Source of the DNA: Bacillota bacterium
Lineage (GTDB): Bacteria; Bacillota; Clostridia; Saccharofermentanales; UBA5734
Assembly: GCA_033549405.1 (NCBI GenBank)
Contig: JAWSUP010000001.1
Coordinates: forward strand, 1 to 49,614
Reading direction: 5' to 3'
Length of the DNA stretch: 49,614 nt
Within the stretch, counting starts at the first letter, position 1. Every line of letters begins with the position of its first letter. Position numbers and translations under genes: made by a program. Under the pieces are notes generated by a model that was not told the origin of the DNA, did not search any database, and saw only the letters and a list, made by a program, of their open reading frames with translations. Shown one piece after another: positions 1-8,181 of the stretch.

Positions 1-1445
1 GTCCGCTCCATCTGCCCCTGGCCATATAGTGTCCAGGGCGACTGGCTGTTGTCTGGATCACTGCCGGCAACCAGCGCCCCCTCCTGAATGGTCAGACTGG
101 TCTTTTCCAGGAAGATGATATCACCGGACAAATACTGGCTGTCTTTCAGCGGGCTGTCCAGCTGTATCTCGGCAACGAGCTGAGCCAGGCCCAGCTGTCC
201 GGCGTCGTCTGCACTCAGCACTTTATCTTTACCGGCCAGATCGATCACGCGGCTGTGCATGCCAGTCCTGATACCGGACAGCCGCCAGCTCTGGCCGCTG
301 TCATTTGAGACCAGAAACTCTCCATTGTCATCAAGGATAATGATTTGCTGGTGCGAAAGCATGACCACATCCACGCAGTTTGTATCGGTCAGTTGCTGCA
401 ACATGCGAAATGTTATGCCATCATCGCTGGTCAGGACTGAACCCGAGCGGCCGACGATGACAAAATGTCCGTCACGAAAATCAATGGCCTGCCAGTCATC
501 TGCTTGCTCCAAATCAGCTTTGCGCCAGATCAATCCATTTTTTGAGGTCAAAATCGTTCCACGTGTACCGACTGCCACAAAGGTTTCATGACCATAGGCG
601 ATATCCGTCAAATCCGCCTGGGTAACCGGTCTTATGGCCATCGCTGCATCATCATGGCCAACAACTATGCTGCCTGCAGCACCTACGGCGACAGCCACAA
701 ACTGGTCAGAGATCGCAATCGCCTGCAGCTGTTTTCTCTCACCCGGAGAAGACAAGCTCCATTGTCGGCCATCTGTCGACAGCAGCAGGTCGCCATCTGC
801 GCTGCAGGCAGCGAGATAGTTATCAGAAGCGCACACGCCGGTCAAGTCAACAGACAAACCGGTCTCAACAACTTCTGGCGTCTGTCCGGTCAGATTTCGG
901 ATGATCAGACCTTGTTCGCCGACACCAACGGATATGTCACCTTGTCGGACGAAGTCGAGGAATGCAACGCCGGCCGGCATATCGCCCGGCAGAATAACCG
1001 GCTGGAATACACCGACACGATTAATACCATAATGAACGACACGAGCGACCTTTTTCAAGACAAGTCCACTCTCTGTTCGCGTCATGACACGGGCAGAAGC
1101 CTGGTCAAAAAACCCGTCCCCGTAAAGACCCTGGCCTGCTTCTTCTGATGATACTGTCAATGTCGTCGTATCACCACTGTAAATCATCAGTGACTGGCGG
1201 AAGACAAGCGGTTCAAAAGACGCATCCTGAATCAGGTTGCCGCTTTCTGCCGCAGCCAGAGAGATTCCCGCTCCAAAAACAGGTGCGGCGGTTTCTGACA
1301 CCCTGACAGAGAACCGGTTCAGCACACCTGTTCCCGAAAGGCTGGAAGCAAGCAACATGATCATGCCGCCGACAATAAGGACCGCTGCCATTGTCAGGCC
1401 GGTCACCACAAAAAATCGTTTATGCACGCGATTGGGTGGTCTCAT
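1..1445 (-). CDS. membrane-anchored beta-propeller protein with BNR/Ycf48-like repeats (3' end outside window)
   Basis: Absent from the ORF track because it is open at the window edge. My reverse translation from the ATG at 1443-1445 reads MRPPNRVHKRFFVVTGLTMAAVLIVGGMIMLLASS... with no stop down to position 1. It has an N-terminal TM helix followed by repeated S-x-D-G-x-x-W-like motifs (STDGRQWS, SKNGLIWR, SDDGITF, SNDSGQSW). Confidence 0.6.
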   Translation of the reverse strand, partial: MRPPNRVHKRFFVVTGLTMAAVLIVGGMIMLLASSLSGTGVLNRFSVRVSETAAPVFGAGISLAAAESGNLIQDASFEPLVFRQSLMIYSGDTTTLTVSSEEAGQGLYGDGFFDQASARVMTRTESGLVLKKVARVVHYGINRVGVFQPVILPGDMPAGVAFLDFVRQGDISVGVGEQGLIIRNLTGQTPEVVETGLSVDLTGVCASDNYLAACSADGDLLLSTDGRQWSLSSPGERKQLQAIAISDQFVAVAVGAAGSIVVGHDDAAMAIRPVTQADLTDIAYGHETFVAVGTRGTILTSKNGLIWRKADLEQADDWQAIDFRDGHFVIVGRSGSVLTSDDGITFRMLQQLTDTNCVDVVMLSHQQIIILDDNGEFLVSNDSGQSWRLSGIRTGMHSRVIDLAGKDKVLSADDAGQLGLAQLVAEIQLDSPLKDSQYLSGDIIFLEKTSLTIQEGALVAGSDPDNSQSPWTLYGQGQMER

Positions 1446-1475
1446 TTTTCCTCACCCGATTTGGATACCGCTTGG

Positions 1476-2495
1476 TTACAACAAGTCAATGCCATGGTCC
1501 CGGCAATCCTTGATCATGCTGTCCGGCCAGACCGACGCCTGAACCTCGCCGATGTGTGCCTTGTCCAGAAAATACATGCAGATACGGGACTGGCCGATGC
1601 CGCCGCCGGTTGTCAACGGCAGTTTATCTTCCAGAACCATCCGATGGAATTCCAGATTTTTCCGGTCCGTGCAGCCGGCTTTTTCGAGCTGCTGATTCAT
1701 CGCGTCAGCGTCGACACGAATACCCATCGAGGAGACTTCAAAGGATCGCTCCAGTGTCGGATACCAGAACACGATATCTCCATTGAGCTGCCAGTCGTCA
1801 TAGTCCGGCGCCCGGCCATCGTGCGGCTTGCCGCTCTGGAGTTTATCGCCGATTCTCTCGATGAACACAGCTCCGAGCAGGCGACAGATCGCATGTTCAC
1901 GGTCCCGTGGCTCGAGCTCAGGATACCGGTCCTCCAATTCTTGTGACGTAATAAAATGGATCTCGGGCGGCAGTTTGCGCGAGAGGCAGGGATAATGCCG
2001 CAGCAGATGGTTTTCTGTGCGGCAGAAACAACGATAGATCTCGCGGACAATGCCATGCAGCGTCGCGCGACTGCGTTCGTCACGTCTGATGATTTTTTCC
2101 CAGTCCCACTGGTCAACATAGACAGAATGCAGGTTGTCGAGTGTTTCGTCGCGACGAATGGCGTTCATGTCTGTATATAGCCCTTCACCGGGACTCAAAC
2201 CATATCTTGCCAGGGCCATGCGTTTCCATTTGGCCAGAGACTGGACAATCTCAACGTGGGCAGACAGATCCTGGATGTCAAAATCGACCGGCCGTTCGAT
2301 ACCATTGAGATTGTCATTTAGACCTGTTTCCGGCCGGACAAACAGCGGTGCGGACACACGCAGCAAATTCAGCGTATCGGCAAGCTGGGACTCAAACTGG
2401 TCTTTGAGCAGCTTAATGGCTGTTTCAGTCTCCCTGATGTCGAGTTTTGACCGATAGCCGGTCGGGATTGCGATGTTTCTCTGCATGACGATCAT
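1476..2495 (-). CDS. asnA: aspartate--ammonia ligase (asparagine synthetase A)
   Basis: Collinear with E. coli AsnA: HSLAKWKR-like [46 protein letters not shown]. Confidence 0.93.
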   Translation of the reverse strand: MIVMQRNIAIPTGYRSKLDIRETETAIKLLKDQFESQLADTLNLLRVSAPLFVRPETGLNDNLNGIERPVDFDIQDLSAHVEIVQSLAKWKRMALARYGLSPGEGLYTDMNAIRRDETLDNLHSVYVDQWDWEKIIRRDERSRATLHGIVREIYRCFCRTENHLLRHYPCLSRKLPPEIHFITSQELEDRYPELEPRDREHAICRLLGAVFIERIGDKLQSGKPHDGRAPDYDDWQLNGDIVFWYPTLERSFEVSSMGIRVDADAMNQQLEKAGCTDRKNLEFHRMVLEDKLPLTTGGGIGQSRICMYFLDKAHIGEVQASVWPDSMIKDCRDHGIDLL

Positions 2496-2516
2496 AAGTT
2501 ACGCTCCAAAAAAAAA

Positions 2517-3497
2517 TCATTGTGCCGCAGCGGGTTCCTGCTGCGTCCGGCGAGTATGATAGAGGTAGATCAGGCACAGGATGCCGATGACAATGAACAC
2601 CAGTTCACTGATGCCGACAATCTGGGCCAGCACTTCATCTTCTCCGATCAGAGCCGGCAGAACACTGCCAAGGAAATTAAACACGATATGCATGGCAATC
2701 GGCACCCAGAGAGAGCGTGTCCAGGCATACAATAAACCCAGCAGCAAGCCCGGTAACAGAACATAACTGATCTGGATGGGCTGCCAGTGGAATGCGGCAA
2801 ATATGACGCCCTGGATCACAACGGCAGCCCATTCTGGCATGGCTTTGCGCAATTCACCCTGAATGATGCCGCGAAAGAGCAGTTCTTCGGCGATCGGTGT
2901 CAAGATACTGATGCCCAGAATCAACCAGAAATAGCCGATCACAGGACTGAAGGCGCCGGCTACCTCGATGTATTCCTGCATGAGCCGGTCGACCAGCTGA
3001 TTCGACTCGCTAAGCCAGGTCAGCAAGTTAAACCAGAGATTGATCAGTCCCAATAGGCCCACTGTGATCGCCAGCGCCGGAAACAGCTGGCGTCCTTCTG
3101 CTCTGTTCAGCCAAACCGTACGACTGTCCTGACGCTTCTGCAGATACAGATACAAGATATACAGGGGGATCAATAAAGCTGAATAGATAACACTGATAGC
3201 CGGATATTGTTCGTTCAGCACCTGGGTCATTTTGTCCAGGTCACCCAGCAGATCCAGCGGATTTACAGCACCGTCCTGTACAAAAGCGTAAACAACGATA
3301 TAAAAAGTTGCTGTCAGGTTGATGGCCAGCCAATGAAGCCCCAAGAACAGGAGCGGAATTAAAACCGTCCGAACCCGGAAGCGATTTTTTGATCCAGGCA
3401 GGATCGGATCCGGTTCTGCCTGCCAGGAAGCAGCTGCATATGGTTCTTGTCCGTCCATCTCCTGTACCCCCTTACATTCTGTGTAATAGCGCTTCAT
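2517..3497 (-). CDS. CPBP family intramembrane glutamic endopeptidase (CAAX protease-like)
   Basis: Multi-TM protein with the CPBP motifs EELLFRG, FAAFH and HIVFNF. Confidence 0.85.
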   Translation of the reverse strand: MKRYYTECKGVQEMDGQEPYAAASWQAEPDPILPGSKNRFRVRTVLIPLLFLGLHWLAINLTATFYIVVYAFVQDGAVNPLDLLGDLDKMTQVLNEQYPAISVIYSALLIPLYILYLYLQKRQDSRTVWLNRAEGRQLFPALAITVGLLGLINLWFNLLTWLSESNQLVDRLMQEYIEVAGAFSPVIGYFWLILGISILTPIAEELLFRGIIQGELRKAMPEWAAVVIQGVIFAAFHWQPIQISYVLLPGLLLGLLYAWTRSLWVPIAMHIVFNFLGSVLPALIGEDEVLAQIVGISELVFIVIGILCLIYLYHTRRTQQEPAAAQ

Positions 3498-4389
3498 ACT
3501 TATGAATCAGGCGAATCGGTCCATACGATTCTTTTGCCTTGCGCAATCCGGCGATACCCATGTCCTCTTCACGGTTGACCCATCTCGCCTCCGGAAAAGC
3601 ATGGTCCAGAACCAGCTTGTTGATGGCTGCATAGAGGCCGTCATATATTGCTTCTGCTTTTTCAAAATGAATCACCGCCGTGTCGCCATTCAATAAAGAC
3701 CCAAGGGCAAACGCGACCAGTCGGCCATCAATACGAATACTGCCGCCTCTGACATCCAGGCTGGGCATATCGTGGAATAATTGCCGTACAGCACGAAAAT
3801 CACTGCTGCACAGGTTCAAACAGTCAACTGCTTTTTCATCACACCATGCCTGAACCAGTGCCAGGGCTTCTTTTTGGTCGTCCTGCGTGATCGGGTGATA
3901 TTCATATTGCGGGTATAGACGACTAAACTTATTGAAGTGATTCCGTTTACGGTGCATGGTTTTGCCGCTCAAGCTGCGTAGATGATCTGCTTCATATAAA
4001 TAATCACTGTAGTCCGGATTATAACTGATGCTCGCCGTGTAATGCGGGAGCGCCTTTACCAGAGGGAGCACCGCTTCGTCAAGATACATCAGTCGCAGCG
4101 GCCAGCCCCGTGAGGTAAACGCCGGCAGAACTTCATCCAGTATCGCCTCCAGCTTCTGTGCTGTCACTCTGCCCAGCGGCCATGTCACATGCGGGGTCGT
4201 AAAAACCCCGCCATTGCTGACCAGGCAAAAGCAATCTTCGATCAGCATCTTCTGATAATAAAAGCCTGCATTCCAGGCAATTCGACTGTTGAGACAGTGG
4301 TCAGACAATTCTGATCCGCTCAGACTATGGCAACGATTGTAGTCAGGGCCGTCTTGTATGGAAAACAAGGTGCACCCGTCACATTGCAT
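3472..4389 (-). CDS. DUF2156 (lysyl-phosphatidylglycerol synthase C-terminal-like) domain protein
   Basis: About 300 aa soluble protein. Its N-terminal pattern (SELSDHCLNSRIAWNAGFYY...VTWPLG) resembles the DUF2156 family. By-eye call only. Confidence 0.55.
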   Translation of the reverse strand: MQCDGCTLFSIQDGPDYNRCHSLSGSELSDHCLNSRIAWNAGFYYQKMLIEDCFCLVSNGGVFTTPHVTWPLGRVTAQKLEAILDEVLPAFTSRGWPLRLMYLDEAVLPLVKALPHYTASISYNPDYSDYLYEADHLRSLSGKTMHRKRNHFNKFSRLYPQYEYHPITQDDQKEALALVQAWCDEKAVDCLNLCSSDFRAVRQLFHDMPSLDVRGGSIRIDGRLVAFALGSLLNGDTAVIHFEKAEAIYDGLYAAINKLVLDHAFPEARWVNREEDMGIAGLRKAKESYGPIRLIHKYEALLHRM

Positions 4390-4410
4390 GGCAGACTCCT
4401 CTTCAGGCCA

Positions 4411-4806
4411 TCACTGGGAGCTGGAATCTTCGAAGCGCCGGAAAAAATGATTAAAGGAAGCTTCCAGTTCCTGCCTGTTCTTGATTGACAAAAAGTATTG
4501 CTCGCCATTATCGTGGCGCATGGATCGAAGGATTGTCAGCTCGGGGTTGGCATGTCGGCCGTCATCCGGTTCATATGGATACATGACGACATACTCGCGT
4601 CCATTTAGTTGAAAAGCATCGATAAAGGACATGTAGTATTCATGTCCATTATCGATGTCAACCAGAACGGCCAGGACATTCTCGCGAGATGCCCGGTCAT
4701 CACGAACTGCGTGGCCGGGATCAGTCCTCTTCCTCGTCGTCCTCTTCTTCATCATCTTCCTCACAGAGGCGTTCATATTCAGCGTAAACCTGGTCGTACT
4801 CGTCAT
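4411..4806 (-). CDS. DUF1292 family protein (YrzB-like); true start probably the internal MMKKR
   Basis: DUF1292-like core: LAVLVDIDNGHEYYMSFIDAFQLNGREYVVMYPYEPDD. Lies in the conserved ireB-ruvX-yrzB neighbourhood. The ORF 5' end overlaps the upstream gene. Confidence 0.65.
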   Translation of the reverse strand: MTSTTRFTLNMNASVRKMMKKRTTRKRTDPGHAVRDDRASRENVLAVLVDIDNGHEYYMSFIDAFQLNGREYVVMYPYEPDDGRHANPELTILRSMRHDNGEQYFLSIKNRQELEASFNHFFRRFEDSSSQ

Positions 4807-5122
4807 CGTCCAGGCTCATCAGACCTTCGGTTCCGTCTTCCATGGTCACGACGCGCGTGATCACCATCTCCGGTTCCTGATCTTTGTCGTCAGCGGTGAC
4901 CAGAACACAGTAATGTTCGTCCTGGTACATGAAATCATCCGCCAGTATGAATGAATATTCCTGGCCGGTTTCAGTATCTGTCATTGTAATGACGCCAGTT
5001 CCGTGGTCATGGCCTTCTCCACAGCCGTCACAGCCACAGCCACAACCGCTGTTGCAGTCACAATCATCGTCGCTTTGGTTATCCGACCCGCAGCAGCAGG
5101 CATCTTCATCTTGGTAATACAT
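4721..5122 (-). CDS. DUF1292 family protein with Cys/His-rich N-terminus and poly-acidic tail
   Basis: Core ITMTDTETGQEYSFILADDFMYQDEHYCVLV. N-terminus ACCCGSDNQSDDDCDCNSGCGCGCDGCGEGHDHG. C-terminus EEDDEEEDDEEED. Confidence 0.65.
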   Translation of the reverse strand: MYYQDEDACCCGSDNQSDDDCDCNSGCGCGCDGCGEGHDHGTGVITMTDTETGQEYSFILADDFMYQDEHYCVLVTADDKDQEPEMVITRVVTMEDGTEGLMSLDDDEYDQVYAEYERLCEEDDEEEDDEEED

Positions 5123-5208
5123 GTGGTTCCTCCTGAGTTAACTGGATTATCCAGTCTAATGCCCCCGGGTTTCTCGACCCATCAAGGACTTCTGCACATT
5201 ATATCATA

Positions 5209-5655
5209 TCATTGCAACGCTTTGCGACGACTTTCGAGGTACTCCTGTAAGATTATTTCAGCGGCGACTTGATCGATGACCGGTTTTTGTCGCTTTGCCT
5301 TGACACCGCTTTCCTGCAGCTTGCGACGAGCCATGACGGTTGTGAAGCGCTCATCGCGCAAAAGAACCGGAACACCGGTCACCTGTTCCAGTTCAGCGGC
5401 CAGGTCCCGGACCATTCCGGTCAAGCTCGCCTGCTTGCCATCTGTACGACTGGGATAGCCCATAACTATGCCCTGCACATTCTGCTGCTTGACGAGATAA
5501 ACAAGACGCTCCTTAATCGAGTCTGCGTCACGGCCGTTCCAGCGGATTGTTTCCAGCCCATTGGCCAAAATCCCGAGAGGATCGCTGACCGCCACGCCGA
5601 TTCTGGCCAGTCCAAAATCGACGCCCATCCATTTTCCTGTCTGTGTGAGCATCAC
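5209..5655 (-). CDS. ruvX: Holliday junction resolvase-like pre-16S rRNA nuclease RuvX/YqgF
   Basis: GVDFGLARIGVAVSD N-terminal motif, about 140 aa, directly downstream of ireB. Confidence 0.9.
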   Translation of the reverse strand: MMLTQTGKWMGVDFGLARIGVAVSDPLGILANGLETIRWNGRDADSIKERLVYLVKQQNVQGIVMGYPSRTDGKQASLTGMVRDLAAELEQVTGVPVLLRDERFTTVMARRKLQESGVKAKRQKPVIDQVAAEIILQEYLESRRKALQ

Positions 5656-5659
5656 GCGC

Positions 5660-5911
5660 CTATAGACTGCTGATGTAGTCTTTAATAATCATCTCCAAAA
5701 GCTCATCGCGCTCCATGCGCCTGATAACCGCCCTGGCAGATTTATGGTTTGTGATATATGTCGGATCGCCTGACAGAAAATAACCAACCAGCTGATTGAC
5801 GGGATTGTATCCTTTCTCCCGCAAGGCGGCCAGCACCTCAGCCATGATGGCGCGTGCTTCGCGATTGTGATCAGCGCCCATCTCAAACCGTGCTGTCTCA
5901 TTACCGACCAT
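5660..5911 (-). CDS. ireB: IreB family regulatory phosphoprotein (UPF0297/YrzL)
   Basis: EKGYNPVNQLVGYFLSGDPTYITNHKSARAVIRRMERDELLE closely matches B. subtilis YrzL. Confidence 0.87.
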   Translation of the reverse strand: MVGNETARFEMGADHNREARAIMAEVLAALREKGYNPVNQLVGYFLSGDPTYITNHKSARAVIRRMERDELLEMIIKDYISSL

Positions 5912-5987
5912 GTGAACACCTCCTGCATTCGGACTACCTTGGCTTCATAAATTTAATACCTGGTCCTATCATAGCATGAATCAGTGG

Positions 5988-7328
5988 TCATGTCTGTGTG
6001 CCAAGCAAAAAATCCGCTTCCGCCCTGGTACCGGCAACCTGGACAATAGCACCGGGCGCAAGGTCTGTGTGTGCCTGGAATCGCATGGGAACATAGGCCG
6101 GTGTATAACCTTCGAAGAGTCCATCATCTCTCATTTTCTCAACCAGCACAGCGTGTGTCTTACCGACTTGTCGGCCATGGTAACAGGCAGACAGATCTGT
6201 GGCCAGGCTGATCATCCGCTGGCTGCGTCGGGCAATTTCATCAGTTGGAACCACGTCAGACATCCGGGCGGCAGCCGTTCTGTCACGCGGCGAAAAACGG
6301 AAAACATGCATCCTCGAAAACGCCATTTCGGCGCAAAAAGACAGGCTTTCAGCGAAATCGGTTTCGGTTTCACCAGGAAATCCCACGATCAGGTCCGTCG
6401 TGATGCCGGGGTCTGGAAAACTGCTGCGCAAAGCCGCAACCACCTGACGGAAATCGTCGGTCACGTACTGCCGGTTCATCCTGTTCAGAATCCGGTCACT
6501 GCCACTCTGCAGGGAAAGATGAAAGTGCGGGCACAAACATGGGTTTTCAGCAGCAAGACGGATAAATGTGTCTGTCACAAAGCGCGGTTCCAGGGAGCCG
6601 AGCCGGATGCGTTCGATTCCAGTTATCCCGGCCAGTTCCAGGGCCAACTCCATGACGGCATGGCCGGGCAGATCTCTGTCGGCGCCATACGAACAAATGT
6701 GAATGCCTGTCAGGACAATTTCCTTGTATCCGGCTGCTGCCAGCGCTTCTGCTTCCCTGATGATCAGGCTTTGGCTGCGACTGCGGACGCGGCCACGAGC
6801 CAGCGGAATCACACAATAAGAACAAAACTGGTTGCATCCATCCTCGATTTTGATGTATGCCCGCGTTTCAGACTGTCGCGAGACTGGCCCGAACTCATCA
6901 AAATCGATCTTTTTCAGATCAGGATGGATTGCATCAGCCTGGATGTGATCAACATGGAGCGGCTGATCCGGTGCCGCTGCCGGTTCACGATCCGCAAGAT
7001 ATGCCAGGACACGCTGTACGGCCAAACGCTTGCAGTCATTGTCAATGACAAGATCAGCCCAGGCGGCGGCATCACCGATCGTCGCCTGACAGCCCATCGC
7101 AACCACCAGCGCCTGGGCGTTTGATTGTCGGGCCCGGCGCAGCATCTGGCGCGATTTTCGATCCGCTTCTGCTGTCACGGTACAGGTATTGACCAGGTAG
7201 ATATCGGCCGGCTCAGTGAATGGAACCAATTCAAAGCCGGCTGCCGCAAACTGCATCTTGACAGCATCAGTTTCGTAATGATTGGTCTTGCAGCCCAATG
7301 TGTGAAAGGCTGCCCGCTGTTTCTTCAT
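5988..7328 (-). CDS. mtaB: tRNA (N6-threonylcarbamoyladenosine37) methylthiotransferase MtaB (radical SAM, MiaB-like)
   Basis: FHTLGCKTNHYET (UPF0004 domain) and the radical SAM box CNQFCSYC. Start set at the internal MKKQR (ATG 7326-7328). Confidence 0.85.
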   Translation of the reverse strand: MKKQRAAFHTLGCKTNHYETDAVKMQFAAAGFELVPFTEPADIYLVNTCTVTAEADRKSRQMLRRARQSNAQALVVAMGCQATIGDAAAWADLVIDNDCKRLAVQRVLAYLADREPAAAPDQPLHVDHIQADAIHPDLKKIDFDEFGPVSRQSETRAYIKIEDGCNQFCSYCVIPLARGRVRSRSQSLIIREAEALAAAGYKEIVLTGIHICSYGADRDLPGHAVMELALELAGITGIERIRLGSLEPRFVTDTFIRLAAENPCLCPHFHLSLQSGSDRILNRMNRQYVTDDFRQVVAALRSSFPDPGITTDLIVGFPGETETDFAESLSFCAEMAFSRMHVFRFSPRDRTAAARMSDVVPTDEIARRSQRMISLATDLSACYHGRQVGKTHAVLVEKMRDDGLFEGYTPAYVPMRFQAHTDLAPGAIVQVAGTRAEADFLLGTQT

Positions 7329-7498
7329 GTGTTCGTTTTCCCTTCCGGCCTGTTGACAGAGTGATGACATCTATTGCACAATCTTGGTAAAGCACCTGTC
7401 ATGCGACTTTTCGGTCAGCAAACAGTATCATTCGCTTCTGCACTCAGACTCAGTCCGACAGAGCAAATTTGTTCTGTTTACCATAAAGGAGATCATTC

Positions 7499-7726
7499 AT
7501 GTATAAATTCCAAGTCCATCTGAAATCGATTAATGACGTGAAGGAATTTGTCCGTATCGTCAATGAGTTCCCATACGATGTCGACCTGGCTTCGGGACGT
7601 TACATTGTCGATGCAAAATCGATCATGGGCATCTTCAGTCTCGATCTGGCTCGTCCGATCGAAGTGGAAATCCACAGTCAGAACTGCTCTGATCTCACAG
7701 AACGCCTGAAGCCCTTCATAATCTGA
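7499..7726 (+). CDS. HPr-family phosphocarrier-like small protein
   Basis: 75 aa with GRYIVDAKSIMGIFSLDL, typical of the short clostridial HPr-like family. AGGAG lies upstream of the ATG. Confidence 0.7.
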   Translation: MYKFQVHLKSINDVKEFVRIVNEFPYDVDLASGRYIVDAKSIMGIFSLDLARPIEVEIHSQNCSDLTERLKPFII

Positions 7727-7740
7727 TTATCCTTTTGGAT

Positions 7741-7775
7741 AAACAAAGACAGAGGCATCAGGCAACACCTCTGTC
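7741..7775 (-). terminator. rho-independent terminator downstream of secG
   Basis: GACAGAGG (7748-7755) pairs with CCTCTGTC (7768-7775), giving an 8-bp stem. On the minus strand it is followed by TTTGTTT. Confidence 0.55.
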
Positions 7776-7833
7776 AGATCGATTAAAAGCCATGGAGTTT
7801 CAGCCTGTCCGGATGCTCAAGTCACAGACAGGA

Positions 7834-8082
7834 TCAGACGCCGCGACCGGTCAACAGGTACAGCAGGATTGTCAGAAAGCCAAAGACGACAGCCGCTACA
7901 GTCGTCAGCTTCTTCAAGATTCGATCCATGCTGCGGCCTTTGGATTTACCAAAGAATGTATCGGCGCCGCCGCCGATGACGCCAAGCCCCTTGGCATTTC
8001 CCTCTTGGAAGATGACCAGCACGACTAGCCCGATACATACCAGAATGTCAAAGATAGCAATAATGATGTGAAACGCATTCAT
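7834..8082 (-). CDS. secG: preprotein translocase subunit SecG
   Basis: Two TM helices and the GGGADTFFG motif. Start set at MNAFH, preceded by GGAGGTG. Confidence 0.85.
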   Translation of the reverse strand: MNAFHIIIAIFDILVCIGLVVLVIFQEGNAKGLGVIGGGADTFFGKSKGRSMDRILKKLTTVAAVVFGFLTILLYLLTGRGV

Positions 8083-8181
8083 ATGGACTACACCTCCGTT
8101 TGCCACCCGGATCTAGCGACAATCCCGGCAGCATGGGCATTCTATCACATCGACAGCCGATTGACAAGCATTTATGTAATC

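Noticed and set aside
259-1946. Several plus-strand ORFs (259-591, 588-1148, 1237-1542, 1422-1946)
   Set aside because: They lie opposite the uninterrupted minus-strand BNR-repeat ORF (1-1445) and asnA, and have no motifs of their own.
5976-7124. 382-aa plus-strand ORF
   Set aside because: It is entirely antisense to mtaB, which has clear radical-SAM motifs. Its composition (Arg/Cys/Gln-rich, no motifs) is typical of shadow ORFs in GC-rich coding DNA.
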